Assembly (NCBI GenBank): GCA_035353995.1
Contig: DAOQAL010000002.1
Coordinates: forward strand, 28,729 to 92,728
Length of the DNA: 64,000 bases
Direction: 5' to 3'
DNA from: Minisyncoccota bacterium
Lineage (GTDB): Bacteria; Patescibacteriota; Minisyncoccia; Phycocordibacterales; UBA9973
The translations under genes were made by a program, and so were the position numbers. Shown one piece after another: positions 10,924 to 19,659 of this stretch (positions are counted from its first letter, which is position 1; every line of letters starts with the position of its first letter). The notes below the pieces were generated by a model. It was not told the DNA's origin. It was given only the letters and a program-made list of their open reading frames with translations, and ran no database searches.

Positions 10924-10946
10924 GTTTTTGTGCTAATATATTATCT

Positions 10947-13448
10947 ATGAGTTTATTCAATAAAATCTTTGGTGATGAGAGCTCAAAATTCATTAAAGAA
11001 ATAGATAATATAATAGTAAAAATCAATTCTCTTGAGGATGAGATATCAAAATTAAAAGACGAGGATTTTCCAAATAAAACATTGGAATTTAAGAATCGTT
11101 TGAAGAATGGTGAAAATATTGATGATATTTTACCAGAGGCTTTTGCATTAGTTAGAGAGGCCCAGAAGAGAACTCTTGGTATTAGACTTTATGATGTTCA
11201 AATGGTAGGGGGTATTGCTTTGCATTCCGGTAAAATTTGTGAAATGAAAACTGGTGAAGGTAAGACTAACGTTGCAACATTGCCACTTTATTTAAATGCC
11301 TTAACAGAAAAAGGAGTACATCTTGTCACTGTGAATGATTATCTAGCTCGTCGTGACGCTGTTTTAATGGGACAAGTTTATGATTTCTTAGGTTTGTCCG
11401 TTGGTGTAATAAATTCACAAAATGTTTCTTATTTATATGATCCAAAACATTTTGATGAAGACAAAGAGCGTGATAAGGTTGGAGAATTTAAAATAATTTA
11501 TGATTTTTTAAAACCATGTTCAAGAAGAGAAGCATATTTTGCTGATATTACTTATGGAACAAATCACGAATATGGTTTTGATTATTTAAGAGATAATTTA
11601 GTAACTTCAATAAATGATCTTGTCCAAAGAGAGCACAACTTTGCAATTGTAGACGAGGTTGATTCTATATTAATAGATGAAGCACGTACTCCTCTTATAA
11701 TTTCTTCTGCTTCAAGTGATTCTGAAGATTTTTATGTTAAATTTTGTCAGATTGCTAAACAATTAAAAAAAGATACAGATTATAAAGTAGATGAAAAACT
11801 AAAAGCTATTTCTCTTACAGATGAAGGAATAACAAAAGCTGAAAATTTATTAGGAGTAGAAAACATTTATACAGAAAAAGGGATAAAATATGTTCATCAT
11901 TTAGAAACTGCCGTCAAAGCACAGGCAATTTTTGAACGTGATAAAGATTATGTTGTAAAAGAAGGTGAAGTTATTATCGTTGATCCATTTACAGGTCGTT
12001 TACAGCCAGGTAGACGTTGGTCTGAAGGTATACATCAGGCTATTGAAGCAAAAGAAGGTGTAAAAATTGAAAAAGAAACACGTTCTTCTGGGTCAATTAC
12101 ATTTCAAAATTATTTTAGATTTTATAAAAAACTTTCTGGAATGACAGGTACTGCTGAAACTTCTTCTGAAGAATTTTTGAAAGTGTATGGCCTAGATGTA
12201 ATAGTAGTTCCAACCAATCGTCCTGTAATAAGAATTGATCATCCAGATATTATTTTTCAAACAGAAAAAGGAAAATTCCAAGCTATTGCAAAAATGGTAA
12301 AAGATCTAAATAAAAAAGGGCAACCTGTTTTAATTGGAACAATCTCAATTGAGAAAAATGAACTTTTGTCAATTTATTTGAAGCAAGAAGGTGTACCGCA
12401 TACAATTTTAAATGCTAAAAATCATGAAAAAGAAGGAGAGATTATAGCTCAAGCTGGAAAGAGAGGAGCCGTTACTATTGCTACAAATATGGCTGGTCGT
12501 GGAATAGACATTAAACTTGGAGGTAATCCACAAACTAAAGAAGAGTATGAATTTGTAAAAAGTTCTGGTGGTCTTTTTGTCCTTGGTACAGAACGTCACG
12601 AAGCTCGTCGTATTGATAATCAGCTTCGAGGTCGTTCAGGAAGACAAGGTGATCCAGGAGAAACACAATTTTTTGTATCATTAGAGGATGATCTAATGCG
12701 CGTATTCGGTTCTGAAAAAATAAAAAATATGATGGGACGTTTTGGTATACCAGAGGATCAACCAATTGAAAATAGATTTATTGGAAAACAATTAGAAAGT
12801 GCCCAAGCAAAAATAGAAGGTTTTCATTTTGATGCTAGAAAGCACACTCTTGAATATGATGATGTTATGAATCATCAAAGACAGTCAGTTTATGAAAGAC
12901 GTCAAAAAATGATGCGAGTAGATAAAGAAGATATAGAAAAATTATTGTCTAAGATAACAGAAGAAAGAGATATTGTAAATCAATCCTCAGATGCAAGCAA
13001 TCTAGTAAAAGAAAAAAGAGAAAAATTAGGCGACCAAGTATTTTTTGAAACGGTACGCAGAATCGCTCTTTATGTTACTGATGTTCTTTGGATGGAGCAC
13101 TTGGAAGCAATGGATTATTTGCGAAGTTCAGTAAATTTGCGAGCATATGGTCAACGTGAACCAATTGTTGAATATAAGAAAGAAGGTTTAATAATGTTCA
13201 GAGAAATGGAAGAAGCTTTCAAAGATCAAGTATTTTCTTTGATTGAAAATATGAGTACAGAAGTAAAAGTTGCAAAAGAAGAAGATGGTATAAAAACAGA
13301 ATCTTTGGTAACAAGTCACGACGAGCCTTCTGAATTTTCGGATAATAAAAAAAGTTCCTCTGCAAAAAATGAAACAAAAACTGTAGGCAGGAATGATCCT
13401 TGTCCTTGTGGTTCTGGAAAAAAATACAAAAAATGTCACGGAGCATAA
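10947..13448 (+). CDS. secA: Preprotein translocase ATPase SecA
   Basis: DEAD-like motor ([25 protein letters not shown]), preprotein cross-linking and helical scaffold regions, and the C-terminal zinc-binding tail [14 protein letters not shown]. Confidence 0.95.
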   Translation: MSLFNKIFGDESSKFIKEIDNIIVKINSLEDEISKLKDEDFPNKTLEFKNRLKNGENIDDILPEAFALVREAQKRTLGIRLYDVQMVGGIALHSGKICEMKTGEGKTNVATLPLYLNALTEKGVHLVTVNDYLARRDAVLMGQVYDFLGLSVGVINSQNVSYLYDPKHFDEDKERDKVGEFKIIYDFLKPCSRREAYFADITYGTNHEYGFDYLRDNLVTSINDLVQREHNFAIVDEVDSILIDEARTPLIISSASSDSEDFYVKFCQIAKQLKKDTDYKVDEKLKAISLTDEGITKAENLLGVENIYTEKGIKYVHHLETAVKAQAIFERDKDYVVKEGEVIIVDPFTGRLQPGRRWSEGIHQAIEAKEGVKIEKETRSSGSITFQNYFRFYKKLSGMTGTAETSSEEFLKVYGLDVIVVPTNRPVIRIDHPDIIFQTEKGKFQAIAKMVKDLNKKGQPVLIGTISIEKNELLSIYLKQEGVPHTILNAKNHEKEGEIIAQAGKRGAVTIATNMAGRGIDIKLGGNPQTKEEYEFVKSSGGLFVLGTERHEARRIDNQLRGRSGRQGDPGETQFFVSLEDDLMRVFGSEKIKNMMGRFGIPEDQPIENRFIGKQLESAQAKIEGFHFDARKHTLEYDDVMNHQRQSVYERRQKMMRVDKEDIEKLLSKITEERDIVNQSSDASNLVKEKREKLGDQVFFETVRRIALYVTDVLWMEHLEAMDYLRSSVNLRAYGQREPIVEYKKEGLIMFREMEEAFKDQVFSLIENMSTEVKVAKEEDGIKTESLVTSHDEPSEFSDNKKSSSAKNETKTVGRNDPCPCGSGKKYKKCHGA

Positions 13449-13470
13449 ATTTGAATTAGATTAAAACTAA

Positions 13471-14694
13471 GTGAAAAAGATTGTTAAAAAACTTAAGATT
13501 AAAAGACGAGCTATTGCTACATTGGCAGCGTTGCATTTTTATGGTGATCCTTCAGCAAAATTGAAAATTATTGGAGTAACTGGCACTAATGGTAAAACGA
13601 CAACTGCCACTCTCTTGTATAAAATTGCTACAAGTTTAGGCTATAAAACAGGACTTATTGGTACTGTTGAAAATATCATCATAAATGATAGAAGGCCAAC
13701 TATAAATACAACACCAGGCCCTATGGTTTTAAATAAATTGCTTAAAGAGATGGCAGAAAAAGGTTGTGAATATGTTTTTATGGAAGTTTCTTCTCATGGA
13801 ATTGACCAAAAAAGGATTGCAGGAATAAATTTTGTCGGTGGTATTTTTACAAATCTTACTCAAGATCATCTTGATTATCACAAGAGTATGGAAAATTATT
13901 TCTTAACTAAGAAGAAGTTTTTTCAGAATTTACCAAAAGATTCTTTTGCACTTTCAAATGCTGATGACGAATATGGTGAAGAAATTTTGAAAGATATCAA
14001 AGCTAAAAAATATTTTTATGGAATAAATAAGCAAGCAGATTTTAAAGCTGAAATTAAAAAGTTAGATTTTGACGGAATAGAGTTACAAATAGGGGACAAT
14101 TTAATTAAATCAAAATTACTTGGAAAATTTAATTCATATAATTTACTTGCTATATTTAGTACAGCAAACCTTTTAGGTTTTGATATAGAAAAGGTTAAGA
14201 AAATTTTGGAAACTATTGAACCACCTAAAGGCAGATTTGATTATTTTGTTTCTAAAGGTGGAGTTTTGGGGATTATAGATTTTGCACATACGCCTGATGC
14301 CTTAGAAAAAGTTTTGAATACAATAAGAGAATTTAAAACAAATGGTAGTAGGATTATAACTGTTTTTGGTTGTGGTGGTGACAGAGATCCGTTGAAAAGA
14401 AGGATTATGGGAAAAATTGGAGTAGAACTTTCTGATGTTGCTATTTTAACTTCTGATAATCCAAGAAGTGAAGATCCAGAAAAAATTATTGCTGAAATGA
14501 AAACTGATTTGAGTATTAATGAATTAAAAAAAGTAAAAGTTTTTACAGACAGAAGTTTAGCTATTGTTGAAGCCGTAAAAGAAGCAAAAATGGGTGATAT
14601 AATTTTATGTGCAGGTAAGGGGCATGAAAGTTATCAAGATATAAAAGGTATAAAACATCATTTTAATGATATGGAGGAATTAAAAAAGTATTGA
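13471..14694 (+). CDS. murE: UDP-N-acetylmuramoyl-L-alanyl-D-glutamate--2,6-diaminopimelate ligase (MurE), N-terminally shortened, GTG start
   Basis: P-loop GVTGTNGKTTTATL and the MurE-specific DNPRSEDP motif. The P-loop lies only ~35 aa from the start, so the usual N-terminal domain is missing or reduced. Confidence 0.85.
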   Translation: MKKIVKKLKIKRRAIATLAALHFYGDPSAKLKIIGVTGTNGKTTTATLLYKIATSLGYKTGLIGTVENIIINDRRPTINTTPGPMVLNKLLKEMAEKGCEYVFMEVSSHGIDQKRIAGINFVGGIFTNLTQDHLDYHKSMENYFLTKKKFFQNLPKDSFALSNADDEYGEEILKDIKAKKYFYGINKQADFKAEIKKLDFDGIELQIGDNLIKSKLLGKFNSYNLLAIFSTANLLGFDIEKVKKILETIEPPKGRFDYFVSKGGVLGIIDFAHTPDALEKVLNTIREFKTNGSRIITVFGCGGDRDPLKRRIMGKIGVELSDVAILTSDNPRSEDPEKIIAEMKTDLSINELKKVKVFTDRSLAIVEAVKEAKMGDIILCAGKGHESYQDIKGIKHHFNDMEELKKY

Positions 14695-14717
14695 TTTAAA
14701 ATGAAAAAAATATAAAT

Positions 14718-14954
14718 ATGAAACTTGAAATTGGATCAATTTATAGACATTATAAGGGGACTAAAGTAAAAGTTTTAGGCGAAGCATTACATAGTGAGAC
14801 CTTAGAACCTATGGTTATTTATATGCATTTGGAAGATGGTATAACTTGGGTACGACCAAAGAAAATGTTTTTGGAGAAAGTAAAAATTGGCAAAAAACTT
14901 GTGCTAAGGTTTCAAAAAATTAAAACTAAAATTATAATTAAGCCCAAAAAATAA
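14718..14954 (+). CDS. DUF1653 family protein
   Basis: IYRHYKGTKVKVLGEALHSETLEPMVIYMHLEDGITWVRPKKMFLEKV matches the DUF1653 consensus (YRHYKG...HSET.E..VVY..L..G..WVRP..MF) as recalled from memory. Confidence 0.7.
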   Translation: MKLEIGSIYRHYKGTKVKVLGEALHSETLEPMVIYMHLEDGITWVRPKKMFLEKVKIGKKLVLRFQKIKTKIIIKPKK

Positions 14955-14955
14955 T

Positions 14956-15348
14956 ATGAAGACAATATTAGTGGATGCGGCGTATACTTTTACAATAGAG
15001 AAAGAAGGGAAGTTTGTAATTTTTCAGGATCTTTATAAATTACTAGAAACATATCCTAGCAGAAAAATATTGCTTACTGGAGCAAACGAAGAAAGAATGA
15101 AAAAATATGCCCTAGATAATGCTCCCTATCCAATATTTACCCAAAAACACAATCCAGAAAAGTCAGATCCAAAATATTATGAAACACTACTCAAAACTTT
15201 TAATCTGAACAAGGAAGAGGTAGTTTATTTTGAGCACGCACCTGAAGCGGTAAAAAGCGCCGAATCTATAGGTATAAAATCATATTTTTATGATAATGAA
15301 AAAAAAGATCTTACTGCTCTCAAGAAGTTTTTGGATGAAAATTTGTAA
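14956..15348 (+). CDS. Hypothetical protein, possibly HAD-like hydrolase fold
   Basis: N-terminal ILVDAAYTF and C-terminal EVVYFEHAPEAVKSAESIGIKSYFY resemble HAD motifs I and III/IV only weakly. Confidence 0.3.
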   Translation: MKTILVDAAYTFTIEKEGKFVIFQDLYKLLETYPSRKILLTGANEERMKKYALDNAPYPIFTQKHNPEKSDPKYYETLLKTFNLNKEEVVYFEHAPEAVKSAESIGIKSYFYDNEKKDLTALKKFLDENL

Positions 15349-15367
15349 ATTGTGCTAATATCAAAGT

Positions 15368-16702
15368 ATGGATAGTTATAAACAATTTTTTAAGGACAAA
15401 AAAATAACCGTTATGGGACTCGGGCTTTTAGGGCGTGGACTTGGTTATACTAAATTTTTGGCTGAATGTGGCGCTGATTTAATCGTTACTGATTTGAAGA
15501 CAAAGAAGCAATTAGCAACTTCTTTAAAACAATTGGGCAAATATAAGAACATTAAATATGTTCTTGGTGAGCATCGATTAGAAGATTTTAAAAATAGAGA
15601 GATGATAGTAAAAGCTGCTGGTGTTCCATTTGATTCTATTTATATAAAAGAGGCGAAAAAAAATAATATTCCGATTGAAATGGATGTTTCACTTTTTGCA
15701 AAACTTGCTCCGCAGGTAATAATTGTCGGTGTTACAGGTACTCGTGGTAAATCTATGACTGCTATGCTCATTTACGAAATTCTTTCCAAGAATTTGAAAG
15801 ATAAAAAAGTATATCTTGGTGGAAATATCCGTGGAGTTGCAACTTTGCCTTTGCTTGAAAAAGCAAAACCCGGTGATGTTTTGGTTTGCGAGCTAGATTC
15901 ATGGCAATTACAAGGTTTTGGTGATGCTAAAATGTCTCCGCATATTTCCATCTTCACTTCTTTTATGCCGGATCATATGAATTATTATAAAAATTCTATG
16001 AAAGATTATTTTGCTGATAAGATGAATATTTTCAAATATCAAAAAAAGAATGATTTCTTAATAATTCGACCGCACGTAGAAAAATTGATAAGTAAAAAAG
16101 TAAAAAGTAAGATAATAGTAGCTGATGTAAAAAAATTAGTTGGTTTTAAATTTGTTGTTCCAGGAGAGCATCAAAGAGAAAACCTAGCTTGTGCTTTTGA
16201 AGTTGCTAGACTTTTTAAAATTCCTATCGTTAAAATTAAGAACACAGTCAAAAATTTTAAAGGAATAGAAGGCAGATTGCAACATTTAAAAACTGTTCGT
16301 GGAATAAAAATTTACAATGATAATAATGCGACTACTCCAGAAGCTACAATAGCAGGTATTAAAGCTTTGTATCAAGATGGTAAAGAAGGCAAAATTGTTT
16401 TGATTTCTGGCGGAGCAGATAAAAAGCTTGATTTGAAGCTTTATGTGAATGTTGTGAATACTTTTTGTAAGGCTATAGTACTTATTCCTGGTAGTGGAAC
16501 GAATGTTTTGTTGAAAGATTACAAATTAAAAATTCCATATGTGGTAGGAAAAGATTTTAAAGATGCTGTTTTAAAGGGATTAGATTTTACAAAAAAAGGG
16601 GATGTTCTGCTCTTTTCTCCAGCCTTTGCTTCATTTGGTATTTTCAATAATGAATACGAAAGAAATGATTTATTTGTGAAGTTAATTAATAAGTTAAAAT
16701 AG
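15368..16702 (+). CDS. murD: UDP-N-acetylmuramoylalanine--D-glutamate ligase (MurD)
   Basis: N-terminal Rossmann-like segment ITVMGLGLLGRGLG and P-loop VGVTGTRGKSMTAMLI, with a Mur ligase C-domain. Confidence 0.85.
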   Translation: MDSYKQFFKDKKITVMGLGLLGRGLGYTKFLAECGADLIVTDLKTKKQLATSLKQLGKYKNIKYVLGEHRLEDFKNREMIVKAAGVPFDSIYIKEAKKNNIPIEMDVSLFAKLAPQVIIVGVTGTRGKSMTAMLIYEILSKNLKDKKVYLGGNIRGVATLPLLEKAKPGDVLVCELDSWQLQGFGDAKMSPHISIFTSFMPDHMNYYKNSMKDYFADKMNIFKYQKKNDFLIIRPHVEKLISKKVKSKIIVADVKKLVGFKFVVPGEHQRENLACAFEVARLFKIPIVKIKNTVKNFKGIEGRLQHLKTVRGIKIYNDNNATTPEATIAGIKALYQDGKEGKIVLISGGADKKLDLKLYVNVVNTFCKAIVLIPGSGTNVLLKDYKLKIPYVVGKDFKDAVLKGLDFTKKGDVLLFSPAFASFGIFNNEYERNDLFVKLINKLK

Positions 16703-16706
16703 AATT

Positions 16707-16916
16707 ATGAAAAAAGAAATAGAAAAAGATTACACAAAAAAGCAAACTATAAAAATTCTAAAAAGATTAGCTGATTCTTTGGGTAAAAATAAGGCTTTTA
16801 GAATGCAAATCAAAAACAAGAAAGTTTACATTCCTAAAGAGTCGGAAATTCAGATAGAATACGAAAAAGAGAAAAAGGAAGAAAAAATAGAAATCGAAAT
16901 AAAATGGGGGAAATAA
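16707..16916 (+). CDS. Small acidic protein, amphi-Trp-domain-like (C-terminal ...IEIEIKWGK)
   Basis: 69 aa with an amphipathic N-terminal helix and an alternating charged C-terminus ending in Trp. Confidence 0.35.
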   Translation: MKKEIEKDYTKKQTIKILKRLADSLGKNKAFRMQIKNKKVYIPKESEIQIEYEKEKKEEKIEIEIKWGK

Positions 16917-16957
16917 AATTAAATTACACAGGGTAGTCCTGTGTAAAATTAGAAGTA

Positions 16958-16978
16958 GTGTCAAAGACCGTCTTTGAC
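16958..16978. repeat. REP-like perfect 21-bp palindrome TGTCAAAGACCGTCTTTGACA (copy A, intergenic)
   Basis: Exact copy of the palindrome that flanks the RAYT gene. It shares an extended ~34-bp unit with copy B (AGAAGTA-R-TGTCAAAGAC-S-GTCTTTGACAAATT). Confidence 0.6.
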
Positions 16979-17005
16979 AAATTATAAAGAATTTAAAATG
17001 AATTT

Positions 17006-17494
17006 ATGAAAATACCAGTTGTAAATGAAAATGATGAAGTAATAGAAATTAAGGACAGAAAAGATGTGGATAAAAGTCCTGAGCTAATTTACCGCGTTTC
17101 TTATCTTTGGGTTACTGATACTAATGGAAGAATACTTTTGGCTCAACGGGCATTTAATAAAAATCATAATCCAGGTAAATGGGGTCCAGCAGTAGCTGGT
17201 ACAGTTGAAGAAGGAGAAACTTATGAATCAAATATAATTAAAGAAACCGAAGAAGAAATTGGTATTAAGGACGTAAAATTAAAAATTGGGCAAAAAGAAA
17301 GAAGAAAAACTAATTATAATTATTTTGCACAAGAATTTTTGCTTGAATTGCCAGCTGGTTTTAATGATTTTAAAATTCAAGAAGTGGAGGTCGCTCAAAT
17401 TAAATGGTTTACTAAAGAGGAATTAAAAAAAGAGTTACAAGAGCACCCAGACAATTTTTTGTCATTAATTAAAAACAAAATTGATTTAATATGA
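17006..17494 (+). CDS. NUDIX hydrolase
   Basis: Nudix box GTVEEGETYESNIIKETEEEIGI (Gx5Ex7REUxEExGU). Confidence 0.7.
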   Translation: MKIPVVNENDEVIEIKDRKDVDKSPELIYRVSYLWVTDTNGRILLAQRAFNKNHNPGKWGPAVAGTVEEGETYESNIIKETEEEIGIKDVKLKIGQKERRKTNYNYFAQEFLLELPAGFNDFKIQEVEVAQIKWFTKEELKKELQEHPDNFLSLIKNKIDLI

Positions 17495-18738
17495 ATTTAG
17501 ACTTATCAAAAATTAAAAAGGTATATTTTATCGGAATCGGGGGAATTGGAATTTCGGCATTGGCGAAATGGGCCAGTGCGCGTGGAATGGAAGTTGCGGG
17601 TGTAAACGATGAAGAAGGAAAAACGACAGACTCCCTTAGAGAATTTGGTATAGAAGTAATGTCAAAGACGGTCTTTGACAAATTGCCAGAAGCTGATATG
17701 TATGTTTACTCAGATGCTTGGCTTAACCGTGGTCCAGAAATAATAGAAGACGCACGAAATACTGGTAAGCCAACCTTGTCTTATTTTGAAGCTCTTAAAG
17801 AATTTTCCAAAGATTATAAAGTTATAGCAATTTCTGGAACTCATGGTAAAACTACGACTACTGCAATGGTTGCTGATATATTAATTGATGCGGGCATAGA
17901 CCCGACGGTTATTGTTGGTTCTTTTGTTAAAAAGTTTGATAGTAATTTTCGAGAAGGCAAGAGTGAATATTTAATAGTAGAAGCTGACGAATATAATCGT
18001 CATTTTTTACAATTTAATCCTTTCATTGGTGCAGTAACCAACATCGAAGCTGACCATTTGGATTGTTATAAAGATTTAGATGATATAAAAAAATCTTTTG
18101 ATCAGTTTTTATCTCAAAGTGAACACAAAATAACAAATTACGAAAAATATTTAGAAAAAGTTCCCAAACTTCTTGTCCCTGGAGAGCACAACAGAAAAAA
18201 TGCAGCCTTAGCTCTTGCTGTTGCAGATCTTTTGGGTATTAAGGAAGAGCTTGCTATAAAATCTTTAGAAAATTTTGAAGGAACTTGGCGTCGTTTGGAA
18301 AAACGAGGGAAGACAAAAGCTGGTACCATTATTTATGATGATTATGCTCATCACCCAACAGAAGTTCGAGCTAGCTTGCAAGCATTAAGAGAGCTTTATA
18401 CAAAAGAACAAGGCAAAAAAATAACTGTAGTCTTTCAGCCACATTTGTATTCCAGAACCAAGGCTCTTTTTGACGATTTTGCCAAATGTTTCCACGGGGC
18501 GGACAAAATCGTCCTTTTGCCTATTTATTTTGCTAGAGAAAACCCTGATAAAAGCATTTCAAGCGGTCTTTTAGCAGATGCTATATGTGCAAATGGTGAT
18601 AAAGCTATAGCTTTTACTGATTTTGAACTGGCAGAAGAATATATAAAGAGTCAAACCTTTGGTAAAGATGACATTTTTGTGACTATGGGTGCAGGGGAGT
18701 CTTATAAAATAGCCGATAAGCTGTTTGATTTTCAATAA
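17491..18738 (+). CDS. murC: UDP-N-acetylmuramate--L-alanine ligase (MurC)
   Basis: VYFIGIGGIGISALA N-terminal motif, P-loop ISGTHGKTTTTAMVA, and a Mur ligase C-terminal domain. Codons 57-64 (MSKTVFDK) are encoded by the REP palindrome. Confidence 0.85.
   Translation: MNLDLSKIKKVYFIGIGGIGISALAKWASARGMEVAGVNDEEGKTTDSLREFGIEVMSKTVFDKLPEADMYVYSDAWLNRGPEIIEDARNTGKPTLSYFEALKEFSKDYKVIAISGTHGKTTTTAMVADILIDAGIDPTVIVGSFVKKFDSNFREGKSEYLIVEADEYNRHFLQFNPFIGAVTNIEADHLDCYKDLDDIKKSFDQFLSQSEHKITNYEKYLEKVPKLLVPGEHNRKNAALALAVADLLGIKEELAIKSLENFEGTWRRLEKRGKTKAGTIIYDDYAHHPTEVRASLQALRELYTKEQGKKITVVFQPHLYSRTKALFDDFAKCFHGADKIVLLPIYFARENPDKSISSGLLADAICANGDKAIAFTDFELAEEYIKSQTFGKDDIFVTMGAGESYKIADKLFDFQ
17660..17680. 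repeat. REP-like 21-bp palindrome TGTCAAAGACGGTCTTTGACA (copy B) lying in frame inside murC
   Basis: The same palindrome with the central base flipped. It lies within the murC reading frame without interrupting it. Confidence 0.6.
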
Positions 18739-19006
18739 AATAGGTCAAGAAAGTTATCCACAATACAAAATTAGGCTTATTTTAGCCTTATTTGTCAATA
18801 AGGGGTTATTAAAAAAACCTTATTTTTCAAGCTATTTTCAATTTGACATATCAAAAAGTCGTTGCTTAACTATTGACTTTTGCTTGCCAATATGATAGTA
18901 TATAAGTATATCCTTATTATTAACCTTTAAAGCTTATTTAATAAGGATTTTTTCAGTTAAAGCTGAATTTCCAACCTATGAGTTTTGCGGAGCATAACCG
19001 CTTTGT

Positions 19007-19627
19007 ATGGAAAATAAAAACTTGATACGTTTTGTGGAATCATTTGTTTTGTTACCATTTATGACAATATCTATGCCACTTGGGAGTGTAACCGAGAATC
19101 AGGCAAATACTGTTCTAGATTCACAAATAACGTTATCACCAAAAGAAAATATCGAAACTTTAGGATTGCTTGCCTTTAACCAGGAAGTTGATCAGAAAGT
19201 TAACACCCTAAAGATAAAAGCAGAAGCTATTGATGCCTACTTTAAAGAGCACGATATGCCCCTTTTAGGAAAAGGAGAAAAGCTAGTAGAGGAAGCTGAG
19301 AAAAATAATCTTGATTGGCGTCTTTTAGCTGCCATAGCTGTTCGAGAATCTACTGGTGGAAAACATGATTGTAAAAAGGTAGAAAATAACCCATTCGGTT
19401 GGGGTTCTTGTAAAATCGGTTTTAAAACACTAGATGAGGCTATCGAAACCATTGGACGAAACTTGGGTGGAAATAACCCTAACACAGCACATCACTATTC
19501 AGGTAAGGATACAAAAGATATACTTCAAAAATATAACCCACCTTCTATAGTTAAGAATTATGCTGAACAGGTTATGTCTATAATGGATGAAATAGGAGAT
19601 AAAGATATAACAATTCTAAACTCTTAA
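19007..19627 (+). CDS. Secreted peptidoglycan hydrolase, glucosaminidase (FlgJ/LytD-like) domain
   Basis: N-terminal hydrophobic leader; NLDWRLLAAIAVRESTGG...NNPFGWG resembles the ESGWG...NN(L/P)FG(I/W) signature of mannosyl-glycoprotein endo-beta-N-acetylglucosaminidase domains. Confidence 0.5.
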   Translation: MENKNLIRFVESFVLLPFMTISMPLGSVTENQANTVLDSQITLSPKENIETLGLLAFNQEVDQKVNTLKIKAEAIDAYFKEHDMPLLGKGEKLVEEAEKNNLDWRLLAAIAVRESTGGKHDCKKVENNPFGWGSCKIGFKTLDEAIETIGRNLGGNNPNTAHHYSGKDTKDILQKYNPPSIVKNYAEQVMSIMDEIGDKDITILNS

Positions 19628-19652
19628 AAAACCACCCAATGGGTGGTTTTTT
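19626..19652. terminator. Bidirectional intrinsic terminator between two convergent genes
   Basis: A6-CCACCC-AAT-GGGTGG-T6. Confidence 0.6.
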
Positions 19653-19659
19653 AGTTTAT

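Noticed and set aside
10400-10946. 550-bp AT-rich intergenic region with a perfect DnaA box considered as oriC
   Set aside because: Only one DnaA box (no cluster of three or more), no dnaA/dnaN nearby, and the region is otherwise explained by a terminator, a promoter and the mini-ORF/attenuator. Kept only as a low-interest note.
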